43,673 bases of DNA, taken from sequence record DRR723986_29597, one strand, 5' to 3'. Below, one piece after another: positions 28,829 through 38,455 of this stretch (position 1 is the first letter of the stretch; the number at the start of each line of letters is the position of its first letter). Made by a program: the position numbers and the translations under genes. The notes under the pieces were generated by a model that saw nothing but the letters and a program-made list of their open reading frames with translations, made no database searches and was not told the origin of the DNA.

Positions 28829-31171
28829 ATGAGACTACTATATTTATTTTTAATTGTTTCACTCTATTTTAGTTGTGATTCTAAAAAAGCCACCAAAGAA
28901 GAACCTATAGCCATTCAAAGTCCAAAAATGCTATTAACTGAAGAGGAAAAAAATGACTCTAGATGGATTAAAATAAACAATTCAGATTGTTACATATATG
29001 ATTATTGGACAGAGGATGGGGTCACATTTGAATGGGAAGGTGATTGTTTTGATGGCAAAGTAAATGGTTATGGTAAGGCGGTTAAATATTTAAATGATCA
29101 ATATTACTCTACCTATGAAGGTGAATATGTCAATGGCATAAGAAAAGGTAAGGGTAAATGGGAAAAATTCAATGGACAAATTATTGAGGGAAACTTTTTT
29201 TACATTAGTCATGGAAAAGCTAAAGCTATAGAAGTAAACGGAGAGGTTTCTGAAGGATACTTCAATATCGGATCCTTTTATACTGGTAAAAAGACTCTTC
29301 CTAATGGAAATGAAATATATTTTATTGATAACGATTCTGTAAGCAAAACAGAATATGCAAATGAAATTAAAAATAGAAATGATTTTATATATCCTACAAA
29401 TGGAACCCGAACAAAATATTATTACGATGAAAACTGGGAATCTTGTGAATTAAAAGATGCTAAATATTATCGATTAATAAACTTAGAATCCAAATACTAT
29501 CCAAAAAATGGATTAGTACAGGATTTCTATATTTCAGGTGAAATTCAAAATAGATTCTATGTCTCTTATATAGATTTGTATGATGAAAATATGATTTACA
29601 GCGGATTGAATGAAAGATTTAACGAAAATGGTCTTAAGGTAGAAGAAGAAGATTATACGCATGGTAAACTAAATTACTTGAAGAGGTGGGACGAGAATGG
29701 AAACTTATCTCAGTATAACAAATACTTTAACGGCAAATTAAGAGAAAGGAGTTACCCACAAAATAAGTTGAAATTTATTACTAACGATTCCTTATTAGCT
29801 CTTGATAAAAGTAAGTTTAACAGATATGATGATGAAGGTAATATTATAGAGGAAGGGATATTTTCGTTTACTGATGGAGATGACGCTTGGTACCCAACTG
29901 GAGTATTAAGAAAATATAATAACGATGGAAGTGGAGAAGAAGTTTACCGTGTAAATTTCAGAGATTCCGATTGGAAAAGAATATGGGATAAATCGGAAGA
30001 CAACAATATTAATTATTTAAAAAATAATGAAATAGAAATAGATCAAGGTGATTCTGGAATGATAAATTACATAGATTTAAAATCACCACTTGAGCTAACT
30101 GAAAACTTTTCAATTGAAACTAAATTTGAAAAAATATCTGGACCTAATAATAACACGTTTACTGGAATACATTTTAATTTCAAAGATTGGGATAATTATG
30201 TAGGTTTTAAAATTTCAGGTGATGGACATTACAGAATAGACAGAGCAATTGAGGGTTTAGATTTTGAAATTGAAGATTGGAAAAGAAGCAATAAAATAAA
30301 TAAATATAATGCTTCAAATACATTAAAAATTTTAAAAATTGGTGATAAAATACATTTCTCTATCAATGGAGAAATTGTAAAAAGTATAGATAGCTTCAAG
30401 ATAAATACAAACAGAGTAACATTAATAACGGGAGAATCTAAGGTGGTTTATAACTATATTAAGGTTAAAAATTTCTTAGAAAAAGAACAAATTATTAAGA
30501 AAAAACCAGATGTTGAAAAACCTGATATTGGTGATTCTGATTGGTCTGGTACTGGTTCTGGTATTATAATTTCTAAAGATGGGATTATTGCAACAAATTA
30601 TCATGTCATTGAGGATTCAAAGCATATAGAGGTTAGCTTTTTAGTTGATAATGAAATGAAAGATTTTAAAGCTAGAATCATAAAAAATGATTCAATTAAT
30701 GATTTGGCCTTACTCAAAATTGATGATATAGATTTTAATAATTTTAACTCTTTACAATATAATTTTAAACTAAAACAGTCATCAGTTGGCATAGACGTTT
30801 TTACCTTGGGTTACCCTCTAACAAATATACTTGGTGGAGAGATTAAACTAACGGATGGTAGAATAAGTTCAAGAACAGGTATTCTAGGAGATATTCGTCT
30901 ATATCAAACAACAGCCCCTTTACAACCAGGTAATAGTGGTGGTCCATTATTTGATTTTAATGGTAATTTAATAGGAATAAATACAGCAACAATTAAAAAA
31001 GAAATAGCAGAGAATGTATCATATTCTATAAAAACAATCTATTTAAAAAATATAATTGATGTATTACCATCTGAAATAAATTTACCCGATGACGATTCTA
31101 TTTCAGAATTAAAAATTGAGGAACAAGTAAAAATACTCTCAAAATATACTGTATTTATAAAAGTTAAATAA
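28829..31171 (+). CDS. Lipoprotein with MORN-like repeats, a beta-sandwich domain and a C-terminal trypsin-like (S1C) serine protease
   Basis: Lipobox LYFSC, YEGEYVNGIRKGKG repeats, and triad motifs TNYHV, DLALLKI, GNSGGPL. No PDZ domain apparent. Confidence 0.88.
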   Translation: MRLLYLFLIVSLYFSCDSKKATKEEPIAIQSPKMLLTEEEKNDSRWIKINNSDCYIYDYWTEDGVTFEWEGDCFDGKVNGYGKAVKYLNDQYYSTYEGEYVNGIRKGKGKWEKFNGQIIEGNFFYISHGKAKAIEVNGEVSEGYFNIGSFYTGKKTLPNGNEIYFIDNDSVSKTEYANEIKNRNDFIYPTNGTRTKYYYDENWESCELKDAKYYRLINLESKYYPKNGLVQDFYISGEIQNRFYVSYIDLYDENMIYSGLNERFNENGLKVEEEDYTHGKLNYLKRWDENGNLSQYNKYFNGKLRERSYPQNKLKFITNDSLLALDKSKFNRYDDEGNIIEEGIFSFTDGDDAWYPTGVLRKYNNDGSGEEVYRVNFRDSDWKRIWDKSEDNNINYLKNNEIEIDQGDSGMINYIDLKSPLELTENFSIETKFEKISGPNNNTFTGIHFNFKDWDNYVGFKISGDGHYRIDRAIEGLDFEIEDWKRSNKINKYNASNTLKILKIGDKIHFSINGEIVKSIDSFKINTNRVTLITGESKVVYNYIKVKNFLEKEQIIKKKPDVEKPDIGDSDWSGTGSGIIISKDGIIATNYHVIEDSKHIEVSFLVDNEMKDFKARIIKNDSINDLALLKIDDIDFNNFNSLQYNFKLKQSSVGIDVFTLGYPLTNILGGEIKLTDGRISSRTGILGDIRLYQTTAPLQPGNSGGPLFDFNGNLIGINTATIKKEIAENVSYSIKTIYLKNIIDVLPSEINLPDDDSISELKIEEQVKILSKYTVFIKVK

Positions 31172-31437
31172 TCTAGTTTATACATCAAAGGATAGTACTG
31201 CTAGAAAAAAAGAGTTATAAAAAGTTAATAAAGATTTAATATCAAACATTACTTCTAGTTGTATCTTTATTTTATGGATTTTCACTTTACAGACTAAAAA
31301 ATTGTGATTTATACTGATTAAGATAAACTAACTAGACGCTATACTATTGTTCTAATCACAACCCTATTTAAAAAATTTTAGTTGAGTCATTTACCCTCGA
31401 TTACTTTTCGTTGATATAAAATATCATTTTATCGATT

Positions 31438-31454
31438 AATTTTGTTTTGCAAGT
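31438..31454. promoter_or_regulatory. Candidate operator AATTTTGTTTTGCAAGT overlapping a TAATTTTG -7 box
   Basis: Related 17-mers occur at 35945, 40440 and 42195. Confidence 0.4.
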
Positions 31455-31497
31455 AATAATCACACATCTTCATCTTTAATAAATAAATTATATAATT

Positions 31498-32187
31498 ATG
31501 AAGAAATTAATTTTAACCTGTTTTGTAGCTTTTGCTACAGTATCACTTTTTGCTCAAACCATGGCTTTTACATGTATTGAAATAAAAGTAAAACCTTTCA
31601 CTCAAGATAACATCGCTGAGGCTTTTGATAAGGTATTTGAAGATGTTGAAATGAATCAAGGAGGGGTTGTTTTAGAGCGCTTCTGGAATGGTAGAACTCA
31701 TGGAATGACTCACAGAATTGTTTTTATGTACACCTTAGGTGTAGATATGGTAGATGAAGATGCCATCGATCCAAATAAAAATGATGCCTTCTGGTCAAAA
31801 ATGCGGAACTATGTAGAGGAATGGGGCACTTCCTATTCTGGACGAATATTAAGCTGGCAAGAAGGAGATACAGAAGCAAATCCTGATGTTCATATCTGGG
31901 ACATAAAAGCGGCTGATCAAAATCAATTTAAAGAAGGACATGATAAGATCGTAAGTGAATTTGCCGAGGATTTTGCTGGAAGAGTAGTTGGTTTTGGTAC
32001 ATATGACATTGGACGGCCTAATGGAGCTACACATTGGGTAGCCCTAACAGGAAAAGATAGAGAAGATCATTTAATGCTTTATGATAAACTTCAGAAAAGT
32101 CCAAAATTTATGGAGCTAATTTTATCACGAGGCGAGGTGGAAGACGTAAAAGATTATGAACTACAAATTTTGAGACGCAAACAATAA
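31498..32187 (+). CDS. Secreted hypothetical protein with two tandem ferredoxin-like (dimeric alpha+beta barrel-like) domains
   Basis: Signal peptide (..LFAQ) and internal repeat NGRTHGMTHRIV / IGRPNGATHWVA. The fold is inferred. Confidence 0.6.
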   Translation: MKKLILTCFVAFATVSLFAQTMAFTCIEIKVKPFTQDNIAEAFDKVFEDVEMNQGGVVLERFWNGRTHGMTHRIVFMYTLGVDMVDEDAIDPNKNDAFWSKMRNYVEEWGTSYSGRILSWQEGDTEANPDVHIWDIKAADQNQFKEGHDKIVSEFAEDFAGRVVGFGTYDIGRPNGATHWVALTGKDREDHLMLYDKLQKSPKFMELILSRGEVEDVKDYELQILRRKQ

Positions 32188-32214
32188 GAATTATCATATT
32201 GTTAAATAAATTAT

Positions 32215-32253
32215 AAAAAATCCTGATTTTTTAATAAAAATCAGGATTTTTTT
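32215..32253 (+). terminator. Intrinsic terminator
   Basis: Perfect inverted repeat AAAAAATCCTGATTTTT-TAAT-AAAAATCAGGATTTTTT ending in a T tract, 27 nt after the stop. Confidence 0.9.
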
Positions 32254-32305
32254 ACTTCATAATGATAGATTAACAACAATTTGTTACCTTTGTTTTATAA
32301 ATCTG

Positions 32306-32758
32306 ATGAATTTAAACCTTACATGCGCAATAGCGCGATCAACCGATTTACTCGGTGACAAATGGTCTTTATTGATATTAAGGGACATGTTGTTACACAA
32401 GAAGTCGCGTTTTAAAGAGTTTATGGAATCAAAGGAGAAAATCGCAACCAATATTTTAACGAATAGAATCAAAAATCTTATTGATGCCGATTTAATTACC
32501 CTATTAGATGTAAATAGTAATAAAAAAAGCAGGCGCTATATAGTAACAGACAAGGGTATGCTCACATTACCTATCATAATGGAACTTTACATGTTTTCTA
32601 TTAGCGATATAGCTGAATCAGATTTAAATGAACAACAGCTTCACATCAAACAACAAATTTTGTCTAACAGAGAATTATTTGAAAGTACTAAAAGGATTGA
32701 CTACCTAGCTTTTAAAAAAGGTTTATTAAGCGATATAAGCGAAATGCAATTAGTGTAA
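32306..32758 (+). CDS. HxlR-family winged-helix regulator
   Basis: TCAIARSTDLLGDKWSLLILRD...RFKEF..S.EKIATNILTNR...Y.VTDKG, with an N-terminal Cys. A -7 box TACCTTTG lies at 32285-32292. Confidence 0.92.
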   Translation: MNLNLTCAIARSTDLLGDKWSLLILRDMLLHKKSRFKEFMESKEKIATNILTNRIKNLIDADLITLLDVNSNKKSRRYIVTDKGMLTLPIIMELYMFSISDIAESDLNEQQLHIKQQILSNRELFESTKRIDYLAFKKGLLSDISEMQLV

Positions 32759-32824
32759 GCTTAAAATTATCTTATTCGTTAAAGTTGTAAGTGCTTTTCC
32801 TCTCTTAAAATTTTAAGCTTACCA

Positions 32825-33340
32825 CTATTCATTGTCTTGTTTAACCCTCTCATAAACATAAAATTTTTGAATTTCACCATTTTTAATTAAAGCATCATGC
32901 ACCTGAACTACTTTCACATCTGTACCATCCACAACTAAAGTCAAATCATGACCTGATGTTACCCACTGCATTAAGTTTCCCTCATTGTCCTCTACTTCAT
33001 TGGCGATATAATATTTAGGACTCCATTTAGGTTCATTATCTTTAAACCAGGCCATAAGGAATTCTGCATGTGCCTGCGACCCATCGATAAATTCTCCTCG
33101 TGGACCGTAAGCCTTGAATCCCTCAGCATTCATAGATTTTATTGCCTCTATGTCTCTATTGTTGTGCGCATCTATATATTTTTCCCAAATTGATACTGTA
33201 GACATTTCACCTGCATTTAAATCCAAACGCTCTCCTTTATCCGATATTTCTACACCTATTTGGGTATCTTTAGTCTCTTTCGTTTTAGAATTACAACTAA
33301 AAATTATAATTAGTACCAATAGTAAACTATACTTTCTCAT
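32825..33340 (-). CDS. NTF2/SnoaL-like lipoprotein
   Basis: Lipobox IFSC, WEKYIDAHNNRDIEAI, and terminal hairpin DALIKNGEIQKFYVY. Confidence 0.8.
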   Translation of the reverse strand: MRKYSLLLVLIIIFSCNSKTKETKDTQIGVEISDKGERLDLNAGEMSTVSIWEKYIDAHNNRDIEAIKSMNAEGFKAYGPRGEFIDGSQAHAEFLMAWFKDNEPKWSPKYYIANEVEDNEGNLMQWVTSGHDLTLVVDGTDVKVVQVHDALIKNGEIQKFYVYERVKQDNE

Positions 33341-33401
33341 TAGATTATTTTTTAAATTTTTGAATATTTAATTTATAATTTTTGTTTTAAAAACCTTGAT
33401 T

Positions 33402-33629
33402 CTATTTACCATTTTGAATGGGAGTAGTATCTGGCATCATTTTGTTCAAAATTGCATAGACAGGGCAAAATTTTGTTAATGGGCTTACTATTTGAAGTGC
33501 AGCAGTTGCCACGGCAATCCAAATAAAATCAATATTTACTTGAGTTGCTAAAATTGCTGAAATTAAATATATAAATCCCACAATAGCATCGTGAGCTCTT
33601 ACTTTTAAAATATCTTTTCTGTTTTGCAT
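33402..33629 (-). CDS. DUF2892 (YgaP-like) small membrane protein
   Basis: Two TM segments followed by LQ.VSPLTKFCPVY.IL. Confidence 0.85.
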   Translation of the reverse strand: MQNRKDILKVRAHDAIVGFIYLISAILATQVNIDFIWIAVATAALQIVSPLTKFCPVYAILNKMMPDTTPIQNGK

Positions 33630-33650
33630 AATTTTATTTTTTTATTTAAT

Positions 33651-34337
33651 TTAAAAATCCATTACTCGTACCATCATAGTCGTCGTTACTACTTTTCTTA
33701 TACCGGCTGCATCTTTTGAAAAAGATGCAAATAAATCGTCAGATAGCATTTGTTTTGTTTGCCTTAGAGACGACTCCACGTCATTAGCGCCAATCCATAC
33801 AAAGTGCGTGAAATCTTTTACCTTACCAATGATTGGATAACCAATTCCATAAGAATTATTTTCAAAACCTAATTTTTTCGCCATAGTCTGAGTAAATTCT
33901 TTAAATATATTTAGATAAGCTTGAGTATCAGAAATATCAAGCTGATAAATCATAAATGCTTGATCATTTGACCAGTCATTTTTATACCATAAAGGTGTAT
34001 TTAGTGCTTGATTAATCCCTTCTGTAAATTTTCCTAACTTTTCACCGAAAAGTTGGGCTTCTGTCGACAAACTCCACGAAGTGAAGAAATTGGCAAATGC
34101 CACTTCGTCCGGAAAACAAAATTGAATAGAATGTGTTGCTTGGTTTGGACCATTAAACTGGTAAGAAAACAATGATTTTGTTCCTTGAATGTTCTTTCCC
34201 CAGCCTGTGTCCATCATACCTTTAAGAGTACTAACTACCATTTCGGGCTCAGTTGCCTTGAAGTCAAAGAATGCACAATATTGAGCATTAACGGCCATCG
34301 TACATATAGTACAGATAATAAAAATATATTTTTTCAT
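33651..34337 (-). CDS. Secreted hypothetical protein with two tandem ferredoxin-like domains
   Basis: Signal peptide (..VNAQ) and repeated FNGPNQATHSIQF / IGKVKDFTHFVWI. Similar size and layout to 31498-32187. Confidence 0.6.
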   Translation of the reverse strand: MKKYIFIICTICTMAVNAQYCAFFDFKATEPEMVVSTLKGMMDTGWGKNIQGTKSLFSYQFNGPNQATHSIQFCFPDEVAFANFFTSWSLSTEAQLFGEKLGKFTEGINQALNTPLWYKNDWSNDQAFMIYQLDISDTQAYLNIFKEFTQTMAKKLGFENNSYGIGYPIIGKVKDFTHFVWIGANDVESSLRQTKQMLSDDLFASFSKDAAGIRKVVTTTMMVRVMDF

Positions 34338-34423
34338 AAGATAAAATTTAGTTTGTATTAATAAGTAATAAATAATTAAAATGTTGATTTTATTGTAATA
34401 GCATTTCGTAATCTCGGTAAAAT

Positions 34424-35332
34424 CTAAAAATCTCTTGCAAATTGAGTCATAGAGGTAATTTTACCATCTAAATCAAAATAGAATATTTCAAACAGCTCCT
34501 TTTCCCACACTTTTCCATTTTTAAAAACTCTTTTCTCTTTTGACATCACTTGTACTCCAGAAGCTGCGTCAGTATTATAAATTTTTAGAGGAACTATAGC
34601 ATATGGAACCCATTCTACAGATGTATATTCATCAAATAGATTGGGTAAATCTGACTTATTAAGCTCTAAACGTTCCCCTGTATATACATTTAAAACAGTA
34701 TTTTCAGCAAAAGGTTTTACAAATTCCTCAATATTCATATCGTTATAATCTTTTATGAGTTTTTCTATAATCGCTACCTCATTTCTATCAGAAAACACAA
34801 GAGGTCTGCCACTATATTCATTCTCTCCCTTTCCAATAAATTTACCACCATAAGATTTTCCAAAGTTTGAAGAATCAATGGATTTCCATTGTTTAAAAGC
34901 GTCTACTTTACCGTCTTTATTAAAATTAAAAAACTCCATTAAATCTAACTTTTCATAAGATCCATTCTTGTAGTGGCGTTCTTCTTTTGACCAAGCTAAC
35001 ACCTTAGTATCGTCATCACCCTCAAGTTGCACAGGAATAACCACATACGGCTTCATACTAATTGAATCCATAGATTCCAACCATGCTCTGGTACTTTCCA
35101 CACCATTCTCTCCTAAAAACGTTGAGTCATAATGTTTTACAAGCTCTTCAGTATTTTTTTCACTGTAGGCTTCAGATAACATTAATAGTTTATCTGCCAT
35201 TGCATCATTACCAATACTATAGGCATTGCCGTTATTATCACCCTCACCTAAATACTGACCTCCAGTAGTATTACAGCTTGTTATTAAGCAAAGAGTACAA
35301 AAAAATGCTATTCGTTTTAAAAGTGTCTTCAT
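34424..35332 (-). CDS. Lipoprotein with two tandem NTF2-like domains
   Basis: Lipobox ITSC and duplicated unit GG.(Y/F).G.G.N...PY..(I/V)P...SKE.R.(Y/F)KNG...E.F.F..DGK.....Q(W/F). Confidence 0.8.
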   Translation of the reverse strand: MKTLLKRIAFFCTLCLITSCNTTGGQYLGEGDNNGNAYSIGNDAMADKLLMLSEAYSEKNTEELVKHYDSTFLGENGVESTRAWLESMDSISMKPYVVIPVQLEGDDDTKVLAWSKEERHYKNGSYEKLDLMEFFNFNKDGKVDAFKQWKSIDSSNFGKSYGGKFIGKGENEYSGRPLVFSDRNEVAIIEKLIKDYNDMNIEEFVKPFAENTVLNVYTGERLELNKSDLPNLFDEYTSVEWVPYAIVPLKIYNTDAASGVQVMSKEKRVFKNGKVWEKELFEIFYFDLDGKITSMTQFARDF

Positions 35333-35484
35333 GATAGTTTTATTATATTATTATTGATTTAGATTTATGTTATAAGTTAAAATATATTGACCATATGTGT
35401 TTGGTTTATAGATGAATAACCATATTTAATTGATTAAAAACACAATACAAGTCCATAGCCTACCAAATTAAACCGAATTAATTA

Positions 35485-35901
35485 TCAAAGTGCCCAAATA
35501 TTAGTGACACGTCCTTGTTCATCCAATTTAAATACTTCAACCGCATCAAATTTTTCACCTGCTTTGGTCGTAAGTTTTAGATAGCAAGTTACATAAGGTC
35601 CGTGTTCGGTTATATCTACTAATTCTTGAATAAGTTCCGTTTCTGTCACAAAACCAAAAATTACACTATTGATTTCATCAGCACCTCTAGCCTCGAGGCC
35701 AAGACCTGGAGCAACCATATGATAATCTGATGTCGTGGGAACTTTTGACCATGCCTCAAACCCCTCTTGCCACTTAAAATTTATTTTATAGGTTTTAATA
35801 GCTTCAGCTGTAGCTGATAAATTATTTGAAGTCTCTTTTGATGTTTGACAAGAGAAGGAAAAGATTAGGATTACAGCTAAAATAATATGTCTTATTTTCA
35901 T
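35485..35901 (-). CDS. NTF2/SnoaL-like lipoprotein
   Basis: Lipobox SFSC, ARGADEI, and C-terminal AVEVFKLDEQGRVTNIW. Confidence 0.7.
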   Translation of the reverse strand: MKIRHIILAVILIFSFSCQTSKETSNNLSATAEAIKTYKINFKWQEGFEAWSKVPTTSDYHMVAPGLGLEARGADEINSVIFGFVTETELIQELVDITEHGPYVTCYLKLTTKAGEKFDAVEVFKLDEQGRVTNIWAL

Positions 35902-35944
35902 TTTATTATTTATTAATTCATTTAAAATGAAAAATAAAACTATT

Positions 35945-35961
35945 AATTTTAAAATGCAAGT
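35945..35961. promoter_or_regulatory. Candidate operator AATTTTAAAATGCAAGT
   Basis: Lies 43 nt upstream of the 35901 start; member of the recurring 17-mer. Confidence 0.4.
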
Positions 35962-36000
35962 AATTAAGATAGATTTGTTAGCGATTTATAAAATTTAATC

Positions 36001-36036
36001 AAAGAAAAAGAGAATCTAAAAATTAGATCCCCTTTT
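36001..36036 (-). terminator. Intrinsic terminator
   Basis: Minus strand GGGGAUCUAA-UUU-UUAGAUUCUC stem (two G-U pairs) followed by UUUUUCUUU. Confidence 0.75.
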
Positions 36037-36181
36037 AATTATTGCAGATAGCATAATATAACACAGCCATCTTAAAAGAACGCCTATCCAGAGACTAAAT
36101 CCACTACTTTTAATGTAATAAAGTGAAAAAATAGTAAGGGATTAGTTCTTCTTATTGGCCTTAATCGTATTTTCCTGTTTT

Positions 36182-36985
36182 TCAATTACTAAATGAAGAA
36201 TAATCAGTATTTGGAAATACTGGGATTAATCCTTGTTGCCCTCCCTCACAAAGAGCCATAACTTTTTGTGCCATTTTGCTTTCATCATCATTAAATCTCC
36301 AGTCAAGATATTTTTGATAATGCTCATATGATGCCCAATCTCCGTAAATATAATATGTGTAGGTCTCATCGTTAAAAAATGCCTCAAGAGATAAACTACC
36401 GTCATAGTCTCTTGTTGTTTGTAAACCATCAGGAGTATTAAGAAGATCTATTATAGCCTGTTTTTTACCTGGCAAAACCTTAAGGGTAACTAAAACCGGA
36501 TTTTTAGGACCAACAGCTTGCATCATTCCTCCATAATCAAAAAAGTCTCCTTGAGCGATAACCTTACCATCTGCATCAAAGTTAAAGTACCAATAGCCAC
36601 TTAGGTTTATCTGTTTTCCTGTAGTGGAATTTTTTCCTGTCCAGGTACCATACGTCCTAACACTTCCATCTGGTTTTAGAGACAATGTATCAACACCAGG
36701 GAGCCAAGCTTGAGCATTGTATTTAACATCCTCAAAATTATCATGATATCCTTTTAACATAGATGCATATACATCATAACCCATTGGCTCTGAAGACCCA
36801 TACATTGGTGTATATATTTTAATATCCTCACTTACTAGAGCAAGCTGTTCGTCAAGCTTCTCTTCTCCATGAAGTTCAAATAATTTTTGTGCTGTTGCTA
36901 AGTTTTTTTCATAATTAGGATTACCACTACATGAAACGAAAAGTATTACTGTAATCGCTAAAATTATTTTTTTTAAAGTTTTCAT
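36182..36985 (-). CDS. Lipoprotein: SnoaL-like domain fused to ABM-like (quinol monooxygenase-type) domain
   Basis: Start MKTLKK at 36985, lipobox FVSC, VRTYGTWTG...TGK...FNFDADGKV...DFFD, then LKVLPGK...TRDYDGSLSLE...WASYEHYQKYLDWR. Confidence 0.8.
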   Translation of the reverse strand: MKTLKKIILAITVILFVSCSGNPNYEKNLATAQKLFELHGEEKLDEQLALVSEDIKIYTPMYGSSEPMGYDVYASMLKGYHDNFEDVKYNAQAWLPGVDTLSLKPDGSVRTYGTWTGKNSTTGKQINLSGYWYFNFDADGKVIAQGDFFDYGGMMQAVGPKNPVLVTLKVLPGKKQAIIDLLNTPDGLQTTRDYDGSLSLEAFFNDETYTYYIYGDWASYEHYQKYLDWRFNDDESKMAQKVMALCEGGQQGLIPVFPNTDYSSFSN

Positions 36986-37017
36986 ATTATATAATTTATT
37001 AGTTAAAGTATTTAAAA

Positions 37018-37884
37018 TTAATATATCCAACCACCGATATTACCACGGTAATCTACAGGATAAGCTTTGATGCGCTCTCTCAAGCCTTCAGAAGTATTAC
37101 CAGCAATTACAAAAGATTTAAACGTAAACATTTTCATGAAAGTTGCAATGTTGGGTCCATTCTCAAAATTATCAACATGGTAAATAAAATCTTCTGACGT
37201 TCTAAATTTTTCAATTAAAGTAATGCGTTTGCCATCTTCAGAAATAAAATAACTATAGTCATAAGTGTTGGGTTCCTTCGTACGGATAAAATTGTTTAAT
37301 TTTTCTAAAAATGCTTTTACATCCTCTGTAGAGTAACCTGGATTAACCGTCATATCTATATTGGCAACCACTTTTTGTGATGTATTATTTGCTGCATCTT
37401 TTGCATTCATTTCTTTTTCAATTACTGATGTATCAAAAAATTGAACCTCTTTTATAATTTTATCTCCCTCCCATTGATATGATATATGAAATGGAAAAGC
37501 TACACTTTGACCCGTATATTTGCCTGTGGCAGAGAAAGTATTCCAAATATTAGTCCAAACAATACCGTTATTGTAGGTAGCGGTTTCAACCTCTGATCCT
37601 AATGCATCTCCATCCATGTTTTCCACCGTTATTTCATCAAACAGATCGTATAGATTTTCTACCCCTGCAATAAACCCTAACTTATCAAGCTTATTACCTT
37701 GTGGATTAATAAATTGCATACTATCAGAAAATATTTCTTTTAAATAATCAATATTTTCCTCACCAACTTTTTGAAATAAAGTTTTTATTATTTGAGATTT
37801 TTCATCGTTAGTTGTAAGATTAGCGTAAGGCTCGTTACATGTATACAATGACAAACCTAGTATAAGAATAATTATTTTTTTCAT
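37018..37884 (-). CDS. Lipoprotein: NTF2/SnoaL-like domain fused to ABM-like domain
   Basis: Lipobox LYTC, W....TGKYTG..V.FPFH...QWEGDKIIKEVQFFD, then EPNTYDYSYFISEDG..ITLIEKFRTSEDFIYH. Confidence 0.8.
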   Translation of the reverse strand: MKKIIILILGLSLYTCNEPYANLTTNDEKSQIIKTLFQKVGEENIDYLKEIFSDSMQFINPQGNKLDKLGFIAGVENLYDLFDEITVENMDGDALGSEVETATYNNGIVWTNIWNTFSATGKYTGQSVAFPFHISYQWEGDKIIKEVQFFDTSVIEKEMNAKDAANNTSQKVVANIDMTVNPGYSTEDVKAFLEKLNNFIRTKEPNTYDYSYFISEDGKRITLIEKFRTSEDFIYHVDNFENGPNIATFMKMFTFKSFVIAGNTSEGLRERIKAYPVDYRGNIGGWIY

Positions 37885-37891
37885 TTTTAAG

Positions 37892-38398
37892 TTATTTGAT
37901 TATTGGTCTTGAGAACTGATTTATTTTAGTTATTTTCCCGTTAACAAACTGGAAAGCTTCCATCCAATCATATTTAGCTGAATTACCATCAGGAAGTACA
38001 ATTTTAGCATTATCCCAAAGAAGCACCCACTCGTCTCCGTTATCACCTGTTACTGAAAAGTTTATATCCACTTCATAATCTTGAATTTTAATTAATGAAA
38101 AGTTGTCAGTCATATGCTTCATAACAGTTGCTTTACCCTCTAAAATATAACCATCCTCAAGGATAAAAATAATATCATCTGAAAAAAAAGTTGAGGCCAT
38201 CTGAAAATCTTTATCTATAAGATATTGATGCATCTGCTGGATTTTTAAAACCAATTCATTATTCCCAATATTAACATTGTCTAGGTATGATGCTTCATAT
38301 ATATACTCTATTTTTTCTGTATGCTCTTTTGTTTTAGTTTTTTGATCTTGATTACACGAAAATGTAATTAAAATCAAAATAAATAATAAGTTTTTCAC
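37892..38398 (-). CDS. NTF2-like lipoprotein
   Basis: GTG start, lipobox TFSC, FFSDDI.F...DG...EGK, DEWVLLW, EAFQFVNGKITKINQFSR. Confidence 0.82.
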   Translation of the reverse strand: MKNLLFILILITFSCNQDQKTKTKEHTEKIEYIYEASYLDNVNIGNNELVLKIQQMHQYLIDKDFQMASTFFSDDIIFILEDGYILEGKATVMKHMTDNFSLIKIQDYEVDINFSVTGDNGDEWVLLWDNAKIVLPDGNSAKYDWMEAFQFVNGKITKINQFSRPIIK

Positions 38399-38455
38399 TG
38401 TTTTAAATTTTATTTGATAATAGTTTAAAAACTGTCTTTGTTTTTAATTTGATTT

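Noticed and set aside
36160-36184. Read-through or Sec at the TGA ending the SnoaL-ABM gene
   Set aside because: Only six further codons precede a TAA, and there is no supporting motif.
36986-37030. Overlap between the two SnoaL-ABM genes
   Set aside because: The track's TTG start is too early. The ATG at 36985 gives a proper lipoprotein signal and removes the overlap.
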